Virus record (IMG/VR): IMGVR_UViG_3300046492_000163
Span: 1 to 64,000 of that record
From: a virus
Lineage: Duplodnaviria > Heunggongvirae > Uroviricota > Caudoviricetes
Direction: 5' to 3' (one strand)
DNA: 64,000 bases
Shown here: piece by piece, positions 19,716 through 28,165 of the stretch
How the letters are laid out: every line of letters starts with the position of its first letter
How positions within the stretch are numbered: the stretch's first letter is position 1
The notes under the pieces: model-generated
The model's database searches: none
What the model was told of the DNA's origin: nothing
The model's input: only the letters and a program-made list of their open reading frames with translations
Made by a program: the position numbers and the translations under genes

Positions 19716-20138
19716 ATGAGTAATGAAAAAGACATAGACGTGCTCGCCCGAACACTTTGGGGAGAGGCACGAGGGGAAGGATTTAACGGCATGATCGCTG
19801 TTGGCTGGACGATCCGCAATCGGGTATTCGACGGTAAGTCGAACTCTTGGTGGGGAGAAGGCTACGCGGGAGTTTGCCAGAAGGCCTGGCAGTTTAGTTG
19901 TTGGAACAAGAGTGATCCGAACTCTGCCTACCTACGGGGAGAGAAAGCCATCCCGGCTGATCAATTCGCCCTGGCAAAGAAGGCTGCTGAGACGGTAATC
20001 GAAGGGTTGATCCCTGATCCGACCGGCAAGGCCACGCACTACTTCAGCACCTCAATGAAAACACCGCCTGCTTGGGCCGCTGTTGGCACTAAGACGGTAC
20101 AACTTGGAAGACACTTGTTCTACAAGGATGTCAAGTAA
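19716..20138 (+). CDS. endolysin, SleB-type cell wall hydrolase (Hydrolase_2-like)
   Basis: LARTLWGEARGEG..G.IAVGWTIRNRV pattern typical of SleB-family amidases used as lysins by Pseudomonas phages. Confidence 0.85.
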   Translation: MSNEKDIDVLARTLWGEARGEGFNGMIAVGWTIRNRVFDGKSNSWWGEGYAGVCQKAWQFSCWNKSDPNSAYLRGEKAIPADQFALAKKAAETVIEGLIPDPTGKATHYFSTSMKTPPAWAAVGTKTVQLGRHLFYKDVK

Positions 20139-20148
20139 AGGGGGCCTC

Positions 20149-20409
20149 ATGGCTATTCTAGCACCCAATAGTAAACACTTGCACAAGAGCAGCACTGTAG
20201 TTCTCAGTGCCCTCCTGTTCGTGATTACACTGTTGGAAATCTTCCAGCCTCATGTGGAAATCCTGGCACCTCTCATGTTGCCACCGGGAACTTACCCGTA
20301 CGTGTCCGCTGGAATCAGTATTGCAATTGGAGTAGGCCGTTACGTAAGTCAACAGTGCCTACAAGTTAAGAAAGAAGAAGAGGACGCTTCGGATGAAAGC
20401 GCTGTTTAG
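20149..20409 (+). CDS. holin candidate (2 TM, charged C-terminus)
   Basis: ATG at 20149 with AAGGGGG RBS; TM segments VVLSALLFVITLLEIF and VSAGISIAIGVGRYV; KKEEEDASDE tail; ORF-track start 20083 is likely an upstream extension. Confidence 0.55.
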   Translation: MAILAPNSKHLHKSSTVVLSALLFVITLLEIFQPHVEILAPLMLPPGTYPYVSAGISIAIGVGRYVSQQCLQVKKEEEDASDESAV

Positions 20410-20926
20410 TTTGATTAGCTCTGTGTCAATGACGACTTTATGGGCAAAGTTGAAAGTTGGTCTGTTAGTTTCCGCCATCTCCTTCATGGTGTGGCAAGGG
20501 TGGCAGATGAACGCTTTGCAGCACGACGTGACCAAACTGGAGACTATCCAGACTGGCCTCCAGCTCCAGGTACAACAAATTTCAGCGGACTACACAATGC
20601 TCCGCGATAACTACAAGAACTCAGCCAAGACAAGTTTGCAGTATTTCGAATCTGTTAACCAACTCAATGGCAAATCAACAGAACTAGAGAAGTCCTTTTC
20701 CGCCCTTGAGCTGAAGGCTGCCAACGCCTCCCAGAAGGCCGATACAGCGCTGTCTCTATCTAAGGGCACTGCCACGAGGGCAAGCAATGAAACAAGCTCT
20801 ACAACGGCTCGCAAGAGTCTTGGGCGGGATTCTAACGATGGGGCTAGTGGTAGTGATGCTGAGTGGCGCGAGTTGCTCGACAAAACCTACTGTTCCGTCT
20901 ATCCCACCGACAACAAATGTACTTAG
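20393..20926 (+). CDS. i-spanin (Rz-like): N-terminal TM + periplasmic coiled coil
   Basis: TM VGLLVSAISFMVW then long Q/L/E-rich helical region; overlaps holin end. Confidence 0.6.
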   Translation: MKALFSLISSVSMTTLWAKLKVGLLVSAISFMVWQGWQMNALQHDVTKLETIQTGLQLQVQQISADYTMLRDNYKNSAKTSLQYFESVNQLNGKSTELEKSFSALELKAANASQKADTALSLSKGTATRASNETSSTTARKSLGRDSNDGASGSDAEWRELLDKTYCSVYPTDNKCT

Positions 20927-21116
20927 TGATATCCAAGTGCCCAAGTATCTACTCAACGAATGCCTATACGAGAGAGTGAATTGGGAAGAAGAGCGGGGCT
21001 TAGAAAAAGCTTATGCCCGGAACTTACTTATCGGTAAAGGGTGCAACGATAAGATAAAGGAGTTCAGGGGCTGGGTTGACGGTACTTTCCCGGCCTCTAA
21101 CGAAGTGAGCAAATAA
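20787..21116 (+). CDS. o-spanin (Rz1-like lipoprotein) in +1 frame overlapping i-spanin 3' end
   Basis: signal peptide MKQALQRLARVLGGILTMGLVVVMLSGASC + Pro-rich mature part STKPTVPSIPPTT; starts inside Rz-like gene and extends beyond it. Confidence 0.55.
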   Translation: MKQALQRLARVLGGILTMGLVVVMLSGASCSTKPTVPSIPPTTNVLSDIQVPKYLLNECLYERVNWEEERGLEKAYARNLLIGKGCNDKIKEFRGWVDGTFPASNEVSK

Positions 21117-21117
21117 G

Positions 21118-21417
21118 ATGGCTGACAATGGAGAAATGAGCGTAGTAGGGAAAGCCCTGCTCGACTTCAGCAGTAAGTGGATATTGCCAATTGTGCTTGC
21201 CTTTGTGACTTGGCAGTACACTGAAATCAATACCCTAGAGAAGCGTGTAAACGATCTTCAACGTGAAGCAGTCACCCATACGGAGCTGCAAGTAACTGAA
21301 ACTCGGATGGTCAGTCTGCTGGATCTACGGATTAGAGACTTGGCCGAACGACAAGAGATTACCAATGGCTACTTGAAACAGCTCATTGGAATGCAACAAA
21401 GCAAAAGCCGCCCATAG
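21118..21417 (+). CDS. membrane-anchored coiled-coil protein (lysis-associated?)
   Basis: TM WILPIVLAFVTWQY then coiled coil; stop codon sits in the terminator loop. Confidence 0.45.
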   Translation: MADNGEMSVVGKALLDFSSKWILPIVLAFVTWQYTEINTLEKRVNDLQREAVTHTELQVTETRMVSLLDLRIRDLAERQEITNGYLKQLIGMQQSKSRP

Positions 21418-21432
21418 GGCGGCTTTTTATTT
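21404..21432 (+). terminator. intrinsic terminator ending late/lysis operon
   Basis: GCCGCCC-atag-GGCGGC + TTTTTATTT. Confidence 0.7.
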
Positions 21433-21445
21433 GCCTGTAAGAAAG

Positions 21446-21670
21446 TCACATCCAAGTTTCAACGAGTTCAGGTACGTCTGATTCATCTCGCCGGAAACAG
21501 ATCAGTCCTGGTGGGATAGCCTTACGCGCTTCTTGCAACGTCTTGGCAAACTTCTGCACCGGGGTGAGGACCAACCTGCCATTCACAACTAGCCACAGCC
21601 GAATTACAAAGAGGTCCGGGTACTCTATGGGCCGCTCATAGATCACCCAGTTTTCCAGATACTTACTCAT
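21446..21670 (-). CDS. HicB-like antitoxin candidate (short, N-domain only)
   Basis: 74 aa directly downstream of HicA-like gene with 4-nt overlap; YPDLFV...TLQEARKAI loosely resembles HicB N-domain. Confidence 0.4.
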   Translation of the reverse strand: MSKYLENWVIYERPIEYPDLFVIRLWLVVNGRLVLTPVQKFAKTLQEARKAIPPGLICFRRDESDVPELVETWM

Positions 21671-21903
21671 GCAGCCTCCCTGAGTTTCTGCCGTTGCTCA
21701 GACTCGATGATCGCGTGCTTCAAGTCTCGACGGGTGTTCAAGCATGCACGGTAACAGCTTGGGCTCTTCGCAGAGAAGACAGGCATTGTATTTGGACGCC
21801 GGAATACCAAGTGCTTACTGCCATATTCACAGACAAAGCCCAGCTCTTCAGCCCACCGTTGAAGTTCCAGTACCTCTCCGTTCTTACGAATCGCTCTTCC
21901 CAT
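21667..21903 (-). CDS. HicA-like toxin
   Basis: 78 aa; LQRWAEELGF...GSKHLVFRR..MPV...P...RA.L aligns with E. coli HicA (FRRWLESQG...GSNHLKLRF...MPRHP...LRKAIL), recalled from memory. Confidence 0.6.
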   Translation of the reverse strand: MGRAIRKNGEVLELQRWAEELGFVCEYGSKHLVFRRPNTMPVFSAKSPSCYRACLNTRRDLKHAIIESEQRQKLREAA

Positions 21904-22342
21904 ACCTGTCTACCTTCTTGTAGTAGTTTTTGTCCAATAGTACCAAGTCTTCTTTAGTGAAATACTCTGCCAGCCACTCTTCTATTTTCCGCTCTACTTC
22001 TAATCCTTGCCTAAAAGTCTTCCGCTGTCCATAGACAACGGCGACGTTTAATAGCACGAGGCCGACATTCAGCCAACCTCCCCATGGATTCCCACCACTA
22101 AACGCGAGAGATGCCATCCAGATACACCAGGCACTAACGATGGTATTGGCACAACTTGCTATCTGGAGGACTCGGAACCGGCCCCTGTATCTGCGAACAC
22201 CTTTGACAATAACAGATATATCCAGGACTGCCAGTCCAATCAGCAAGCCAGTGAAGAACCACTGTCCGGCAGAGATAGCAAAGACCAAGAGGCTTATCGT
22301 TGCACAGAAGATCACCGTGCGAAAAATAGGATTTTCGTTCAT
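21884..22342 (-). CDS. small inner-membrane protein (4 predicted TM)
   Basis: 152 aa, hydrophobic segments. Confidence 0.5.
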   Translation of the reverse strand: MNENPIFRTVIFCATISLLVFAISAGQWFFTGLLIGLAVLDISVIVKGVRRYRGRFRVLQIASCANTIVSAWCIWMASLAFSGGNPWGGWLNVGLVLLNVAVVYGQRKTFRQGLEVERKIEEWLAEYFTKEDLVLLDKNYYKKVDRYGKSDS

Positions 22343-22659
22343 CTTTTTCTCACTTGGTAAATGAACCAGGCCGATGCACTGGCTGCCATTAGATTAAATC
22401 CAGTCGGAACCCACTTCCCGTCCATCCCATAGTCAACTGCGATCATGAGGAACAACACACCCAGCACACTGAACGCCCTCGACAGTGCCACGAAGACAGG
22501 GGCGGTCTTCTTTCGCAACTTCTGCCCCGCATGGAAGCAGGTAAAAGACATGAGGCCAACAAGAGTGGCGAGCGAGTAATCCTTAGTCACGTAGTACAGC
22601 ACGGCAGAAAAGGCATAGAAGCCAGTCATCACGTAGGTGCCGATAACGTATTGGTTCAT
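22339..22659 (-). CDS. small membrane protein (3-4 TM)
   Basis: 106 aa hydrophobic. Confidence 0.5.
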   Translation of the reverse strand: MNQYVIGTYVMTGFYAFSAVLYYVTKDYSLATLVGLMSFTCFHAGQKLRKKTAPVFVALSRAFSVLGVLFLMIAVDYGMDGKWVPTGFNLMAASASAWFIYQVRKR

Positions 22660-22922
22660 CCCTTTGTCCCTACCACTACCACCCTTCTGCTCTTCAGGGC
22701 AAGGTAGAACTCAAAGACTGCCAAGAAGGCGAACCACGCACAACTGCCGTAGTGCTCTTGCTGGAAGTAGGTGAAGGAAATAGCCCCGAACACCGCTGAG
22801 ATAAAGAAGAACACTTTCCCTGCTGTAGTAAAACCCCGCACAAACTTCCCCAATCCGCCTGTTGTTAGTGCGCGAGATTTTACCACGGGCCGGGGTAGCC
22901 CCACCAGCTCACTCATCGTCAT
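22656..22922 (-). CDS. small membrane protein (2 TM); start chosen at internal Met
   Basis: MTMSELVG... start with GGTGG RBS; the longer ORF-track version has an implausible Pro/Ser/Arg N-terminus. Confidence 0.4.
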   Translation of the reverse strand: MTMSELVGLPRPVVKSRALTTGGLGKFVRGFTTAGKVFFFISAVFGAISFTYFQQEHYGSCAWFAFLAVFEFYLALKSRRVVVVGTKG

Positions 22923-23181
22923 TGGCGAGCCACCGAGAGAACCTGGCCCACGGGTTGGTGCTGTTCCGCTTCCAGGCATACTCGACGGTGTAGCACACCA
23001 CCCACAGGGCGAAGACGGACGTGACGACCGCCACAATCGCACCGCCGTAGCCTACGACGAACCTGCCTGCCGTAAGCCTGCCGTCGAGGCCTGCCGCCAT
23101 CAAGGACACCCCCACCCACCAGCCTATGACCAGCACGGGAGACGACACCAGCCACACCTTGGCCTCATGACGCAATCTCAT
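22909..23181 (-). CDS. small membrane protein (2-3 TM)
   Basis: 90 aa hydrophobic; first gene of leftward moron operon. Confidence 0.45.
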   Translation of the reverse strand: MRLRHEAKVWLVSSPVLVIGWWVGVSLMAAGLDGRLTAGRFVVGYGGAIVAVVTSVFALWVVCYTVEYAWKRNSTNPWARFSRWLANDDE

Positions 23182-23513
23182 ACACTTACCTCAACTTTAG
23201 TTAAAACTAAACGAATAAAACGATATAACTTCTGACAACCAAGGTATTGCTCTAAGGAATCACCGTCAAGTGTAAAAGAAAATTTTCTCAGACACTTGAC
23301 AGGGGTTTTTGGAGCGGGCAGGATGCATCACATCGGAGCGAAACACAGCCGATCCACAGCGAAGTACCAGCAGTACCACATAGAGCACCCAAGATCCCTG
23401 CCCACTACTAGTAGCACGAGTGGAACACGCAGAACGATCTTCACAATACAGAACCGATTTCTAGCCTGATGGAGGTAGTTACCATCAGGCATTGTTGCGT
23501 CCGGAGTTTAACG

Positions 23514-23816
23514 ATGCGTAAATCGAGCGAACTTCTAAAGTTAGCCAAGAACGATCCGAGCTACCTAGAGAGTCAGCACTATCTCTGCCGCGTGGCCTCC
23601 ACGCTGCTATTAGAGGGTGAGATTACCCTCCCCGAGTATTACGAACTATCCCAAGCCATCTTGGGCTCTCTGGACGGGTTTGCGTACCTCCGCAGCTTCT
23701 TCCGTGCAGGGAACATCATTGCCCACCAGGACGATGAACGCTCACCAAGTTACGCGGCACTTGCACATGCCCACTGGGATGCATGGATCGCTGAACTAGA
23801 AGCACAGGGTTTGTAA
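23514..23816 (+). CDS. hypothetical protein
   Basis: start at MRKSSELL (GGAG RBS); first gene of rightward operon. Confidence 0.45.
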   Translation: MRKSSELLKLAKNDPSYLESQHYLCRVASTLLLEGEITLPEYYELSQAILGSLDGFAYLRSFFRAGNIIAHQDDERSPSYAALAHAHWDAWIAELEAQGL

Positions 23817-23966
23817 GTGGCAAAGAAGAAGAAGGGTAAAAAGAAGAAGTCCCTTCCAAGGAATCTGGTAGCGAAACACCTACCGAAGCAACACAAGAGC
23901 GTCCCATTCAGGGACAAAACCAAATACAGTCGCAAAGACAAAGAGAAATCACAGAATGACCATTAA
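23817..23966 (+). CDS. very basic 49-aa peptide (Lys-rich), GTG start
   Basis: VAKKKKGKKKKSLPRNLVAKHLPKQHK...; starts right after the previous stop and overlaps the next ATG; not in ORF track (below cutoff). Confidence 0.3.
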   Translation: MAKKKKGKKKKSLPRNLVAKHLPKQHKSVPFRDKTKYSRKDKEKSQNDH

Positions 23967-24510
23967 GTTGCCAGTTGAAGTTGAACAGTTCGCCAAAGAA
24001 TATTTCGCTGCCCAAGAGCGTGCATCCGATTATTTCAATGGCCGCAAAGTATTCCGCACTATCGATCAGAAAGAACTCGCACGTAAATGCAAGGCTCTGT
24101 TTGAAAGCGGTGCGGTAGAGAGCATGTACCAGTTGACCAAAGACCTGGCTGCCTACAAGCCTGGTTACACCAGCACGGCCCATACCCTGCGTTTGGGTAA
24201 CTTCGCTAAGCGTACCGGTATCACCTATCCGAAGCCTGCTGCCCCGGTTGCTGCTCCTGCTGCTGCCCCTGTCGCCGCTCCAGTGAAGACCGAATTCAAC
24301 CTGAAGTCTGTGTTGAATACCCACTTCCACCAGGCCCTGCGGTCGGGCATCTCGATCACGGTTCTGCAAGAGCAAGTAGCGGAAGTTGTCGGTGAACATA
24401 CCAAGCGTGTACACACTGAAACCCGCATTCAAGACCTGGTTCGTAAAACTGGCCTGAACCGTCAGCAACTGTCTGAAATCGCCACCGTTATGCAAGGACT
24501 GGCCGCATGA
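23956..24510 (+). CDS. two-domain protein with Pro/Ala-rich linker; C-terminal HTH-like segment
   Basis: 184 aa; PKPAAPVAAPAAAPVAAPV linker. Confidence 0.5.
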   Translation: MTIKLPVEVEQFAKEYFAAQERASDYFNGRKVFRTIDQKELARKCKALFESGAVESMYQLTKDLAAYKPGYTSTAHTLRLGNFAKRTGITYPKPAAPVAAPAAAPVAAPVKTEFNLKSVLNTHFHQALRSGISITVLQEQVAEVVGEHTKRVHTETRIQDLVRKTGLNRQQLSEIATVMQGLAA

Positions 24511-24896
24511 ATTCCCATGACAAGATTGAACAGCATCTGATCCAACAGAAAGCCCGTTCCGTAGATGAAGGGAACAAGGTGTGTATGTACCGTGGCGAGC
24601 AAGGCCGTATGTGTGCCGCTGGCTGTCTTATTCCAGACGAAGTTTATGGCCGTCACCTGGAAAGTAAGTCCATCGCTGTCTTGAAGGAACAAGGCTTGAT
24701 GGAAGTCTTCCCAACTGACATTACTTCTGAGGAACTGCTCTACTGGCAGCAGTACCACGACAGCGGTGTATTCCTCATCCGCCTGGGCGTCTCGTTCAAC
24801 TACAAGAAGTGGGTCGATGGTGACGAAGGCCATCACCCGAGCCTGTTCAAGGAGGCTCTGGTAGCCACTCTGGCGCCCTTGGCGGTGGCAGCTTGA
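24507..24896 (+). CDS. hypothetical Cys-motif protein (C.YRG..G..CAAGC)
   Basis: 129 aa. Confidence 0.5.
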   Translation: MNSHDKIEQHLIQQKARSVDEGNKVCMYRGEQGRMCAAGCLIPDEVYGRHLESKSIAVLKEQGLMEVFPTDITSEELLYWQQYHDSGVFLIRLGVSFNYKKWVDGDEGHHPSLFKEALVATLAPLAVAA

Positions 24897-25345
24897 CGTT
24901 CGTAAGCGATCAGGGCCGCAAGGCCCTGGTGAAGGTCGCAGAGTGGCTGGAAGCCGGTGCCCCACATCGAGACCTGGAGAACGGCCTACGGGTGGACCGC
25001 TTCGCCATGGACTCGGTGGTTCAGGTAGATCCGGACTGCGGCACGTCCTGCTGCATCGCCGGGGCGGTCTGCCAGTTCGAAGGCTTGGGCCTTGCAGCCC
25101 GTGACGTAGACGGCGAACTGGACTGGCTGGGTGAAGAAGGCGGGTTTGAGCTGGCCTACAACTTCCTCGGCATCGATCACGACAAAGCCTGCCAGATGTT
25201 TGAACCGTGGAACGCCTTCGGTGGAGACGATGAGAGCTTCAACTCCGCAGCCCGAGGCGCATCAGTAATCCGCCACTTCCTTGCAACGGGTGAAGTGGAA
25301 TGGGATGGGTTTGATGATCTAGGACTTAAATACGAGGCAGTCTAA
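24893..25345 (+). CDS. hypothetical Cys-motif protein, distant paralogue of previous (CGTSCCIAGAVC)
   Basis: 150 aa. Confidence 0.5.
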   Translation: MTFVSDQGRKALVKVAEWLEAGAPHRDLENGLRVDRFAMDSVVQVDPDCGTSCCIAGAVCQFEGLGLAARDVDGELDWLGEEGGFELAYNFLGIDHDKACQMFEPWNAFGGDDESFNSAARGASVIRHFLATGEVEWDGFDDLGLKYEAV

Positions 25346-25501
25346 GTGGCTTGGATTTATATAATCCCGATCTTCGTACTTACTGATGTTCTGTTGTATA
25401 TGAAAAATTGGCGGATCTTCGCACAGCGATTCTACTTCATGGATTATGGGATCGCTGTTGGCTGGAGGATGGCCTACAAGTTGAGGAAGCGTCATGGTTA
25501 G
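25346..25501 (+). CDS. small membrane protein candidate (GTG start, 51 aa)
   Basis: VAWIYIIPIFVLTDVLLY... starts right after the previous stop; alternative ATG at 25400. Confidence 0.3.
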   Translation: MAWIYIIPIFVLTDVLLYMKNWRIFAQRFYFMDYGIAVGWRMAYKLRKRHG

Positions 25502-25613
25502 TGTGTGTGCGGTCCTTGGTGCGATGGTAATCCTTTACTTCGTCGGCCTGGGTGTAGTTGAACATTTCGATAAAAAGAAAGTAGCAGATTTGCAAGACAG
25601 CGACGACGAATAA
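25494..25613 (+). CDS. small membrane protein candidate (39 aa, 1 TM + acidic tail)
   Basis: strong GAGGAAG RBS 5 nt upstream; MVSVCAVLGAMVILYFVGLGVV...DSDDE. Confidence 0.4.
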   Translation: MVSVCAVLGAMVILYFVGLGVVEHFDKKKVADLQDSDDE

Positions 25614-25646
25614 AAGTAAGTCCCGTCAATAATCAAGGAAGTATTA

Positions 25647-26948
25647 ATGCAGTTCATGAAGAAAGTGGGTATCGGTCTGGTAGCAGGCGCCCTGGTTCTC
25701 GTTGGAACCTTTAACAGCGTCTTCGTATATAACGAAGCTGGCTATCAAACTCACATCCGTACAATCACGGGTGAAGAGAAAGTAATTACCGATGTTGGCT
25801 ATGCCACTAAATGGTTTGGTAAGGCCACGCCCTGGAAACAAGCACAGACTCTCCAGTTCTCCATCGTAGGCCCGAATGAAACGAGCCGTGAAGTTGATGA
25901 CGGTGTTGGGGTAGACAACTACAAGGTTGTCTTCTTGGGCAACGTAGACGGCGTTGTGGAGGCTTCTACACGGGTTCGTATGCCGGTCGGTGAGCAGTTC
26001 TTGCAGATCGCTCGTGAGTACCGTACCCCGGAGAACTTCCTGCAACTTGCAGTAGTTCCAGCAGTAAAAGAAACCCTACAAACCACCGCCTCTTTGATGA
26101 CTGCGGATGACTTCTTCGCAGGCGGTCGTTCTGAGTTTGGTAACAACTTCGACGATCAACTTCGCAACGGCCAGTACGCTGTAAAGCGTAAGGAAGTTCA
26201 GAAGGCAGTTGTCCAGGAACGTCAGGAAGGCGATAAAACTGTCTCGGGTGCTGGTAATGATGGTGAACAGAAGCGGACTGAGTTCATCACTGAGAAAGAA
26301 GTTGATAACAAGGGCCAGGAAATCCGCAAGGCTCAGCAGTTTGTTAGTTTGGGTGCCCAAGTTGTAGAAGCCCGCATCACCAACATCATCCCGAACGAAC
26401 AGTTCCGTGGTCGGATGGTGAAAGTTCAAACTGCACAAGCGGACCTGGCTGTAGCCCGTGCTGATCGACTGAAAGAAGAAGAAGCAAAACTTCTGGCAAT
26501 CGCTAAGGGTCAGCGTGAAGTTGAACAGAAGCGTCAAGAAACTTTGCGTATGCAGGTAGAACAAACTACCAACGCAGAAACTTCCAAACTTCTGGCCCTG
26601 ACTGAGGCGTCCCAAGCAGAAGAGTCTGCGAAGATCAGCAAGCGTACCGCACTGGAACTGCTGGACAAGGCGAAGACCGATGCTCAAGCAAAGAAAACTT
26701 CTGCTGACGCAGAGGCTTACGCACTCCGCGTAGTGCTGGAGGCTGACGGTGCATTGGACAAGAAGCTGGCAACTATGGAACGCATGTCGCATTACATGTC
26801 GGAAGCCATCGCTCGTGCTCCAGTGTCGCAGTTTTCGATGGGTGGTGGTGGCTCTGGAAGTCGTGCAAGTCAAGTTGAAGACTTCATGGGTTTGATGAAC
26901 GCACAGAACATGAAAACCCTGTCGCTGGATATGAACATCAAGAAGTAA
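25647..26948 (+). CDS. SPFH/band-7 (flotillin/YqiK-like) membrane protein with long coiled-coil C-terminus
   Basis: N-terminal TM, then SPFH-like core, then ~200 aa E/A/K/Q-rich coiled coil; resembles E. coli YqiK architecture. Confidence 0.55.
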   Translation: MQFMKKVGIGLVAGALVLVGTFNSVFVYNEAGYQTHIRTITGEEKVITDVGYATKWFGKATPWKQAQTLQFSIVGPNETSREVDDGVGVDNYKVVFLGNVDGVVEASTRVRMPVGEQFLQIAREYRTPENFLQLAVVPAVKETLQTTASLMTADDFFAGGRSEFGNNFDDQLRNGQYAVKRKEVQKAVVQERQEGDKTVSGAGNDGEQKRTEFITEKEVDNKGQEIRKAQQFVSLGAQVVEARITNIIPNEQFRGRMVKVQTAQADLAVARADRLKEEEAKLLAIAKGQREVEQKRQETLRMQVEQTTNAETSKLLALTEASQAEESAKISKRTALELLDKAKTDAQAKKTSADAEAYALRVVLEADGALDKKLATMERMSHYMSEAIARAPVSQFSMGGGGSGSRASQVEDFMGLMNAQNMKTLSLDMNIKK

Positions 26949-27052
26949 GTGTTAGAGAAAAGAGTCTTGTAACAGGAAGTGCAAGACTTTTTAAAGCAAA
27001 AGCGTGTTAACAGTGTTTGAGAAAATTCGAGATTAGTGTAAGAGAGAACGAT

Positions 27053-27475
27053 ATGGGCAAGTATGCAAGTAAGACTGAAACTAACGTACCACTGTTTAAA
27101 TTATCCGGTGAAGTTCGTTATAAACATCTGCGACACTATGTGATTAATTACGACACTCACGCAGAAGGAATTTATAACCAAGGTGGGATAACTATCGCGT
27201 ATCAGCGACTCACCGATGTGGAACTTGAGCTGATCTTGGGATCGACTGAAGAACCGGCAATTCGGATTGGCTTCGCGGGCTGTAGCTTGTCGGACAATTA
27301 CGACCGGAAATTTGGTCGCATGATTGCCGAACAGCGGTTGGCAACGTCGCGAGACGTGATCGTTGGGGAGAAATACATCGAGCGGATTTTGAAGGCAATC
27401 GAACCTGGAGAAGTGGCCGATGTGATCTACGGACCACTGGCGGCACAGGGAATTCGATTTGAGGCTTGTGCGTAG
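27053..27475 (+). CDS. hypothetical protein
   Basis: start MGKYASK with AAGAGAGAA RBS. Confidence 0.45.
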   Translation: MGKYASKTETNVPLFKLSGEVRYKHLRHYVINYDTHAEGIYNQGGITIAYQRLTDVELELILGSTEEPAIRIGFAGCSLSDNYDRKFGRMIAEQRLATSRDVIVGEKYIERILKAIEPGEVADVIYGPLAAQGIRFEACA

Positions 27476-28165
27476 CTGGAACTAACCCGTTGAATCTACT
27501 GATAAAAAATTTCACTTCACACCTCGTCGTGACAAAGCCCACACGGACTAATCCTGTGGACGGTTTTTGGTCAAGATCGAGGGTGAATCAGTAGACAAGA
27601 CGGAGTGATCCCGCTAAAATCAAGTCTACTGAATCGAGAATTCCCGCCGCTTAAAACAGGATTCTTCCTCGATTCCGGGACCAGGGGGTTGGTAGCTCCG
27701 CTGATCCCTTCAAAGCCTCGCTTAGTGCGGGGCTTTGTCGTTGATGGGGCTGAGATTAGTCCCGTTCATCGACTAACGCAATACCCGATTGTAAAATCAA
27801 TTTCTCTTGACTTCCAGATTGAGCTGTGGCAGGCCGGATTGGCAACCCCAGCGAAGCGCCGGGTTGACGATGCGGCCTGCCACAGCCGACAAGCGAAGCG
27901 CGTCAGTGCTCCAGGCACCTCGATTCCCCCTGCCAAAACACCCCCTAAAAGAAAAGAAGCTTTTCCGAACCCCCGGTTTTATTACCTTTCGCCCGTTTTT
28001 TATAAACTATGCTCTTATGACCCGTAAGCTATTTCCTTACAGGTTGTAATTTAATGGGGTATAAAAGACAATGGCGCAATCGGGGTACGGAGGGGCTGTT
28101 TTTGACCCATCCTCTAGTACCTTGATTTAGAAGATTTTCCCGATCACCTGGAGGGGCACGCAACC

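Noticed and set aside
26076-26873. 265-aa antisense ORF inside the SPFH gene
   Set aside because: Low-complexity Leu/Phe/Cys-rich product, the mirror image of a coiled-coil coding region.
27605-28049. Two overlapping + strand ORFs (140 and 80 aa) in the leader of gene 28166
   Set aside because: Pro/Arg-rich low-complexity products with no RBS. The region is better explained as a repeat-rich regulatory or replicon leader.
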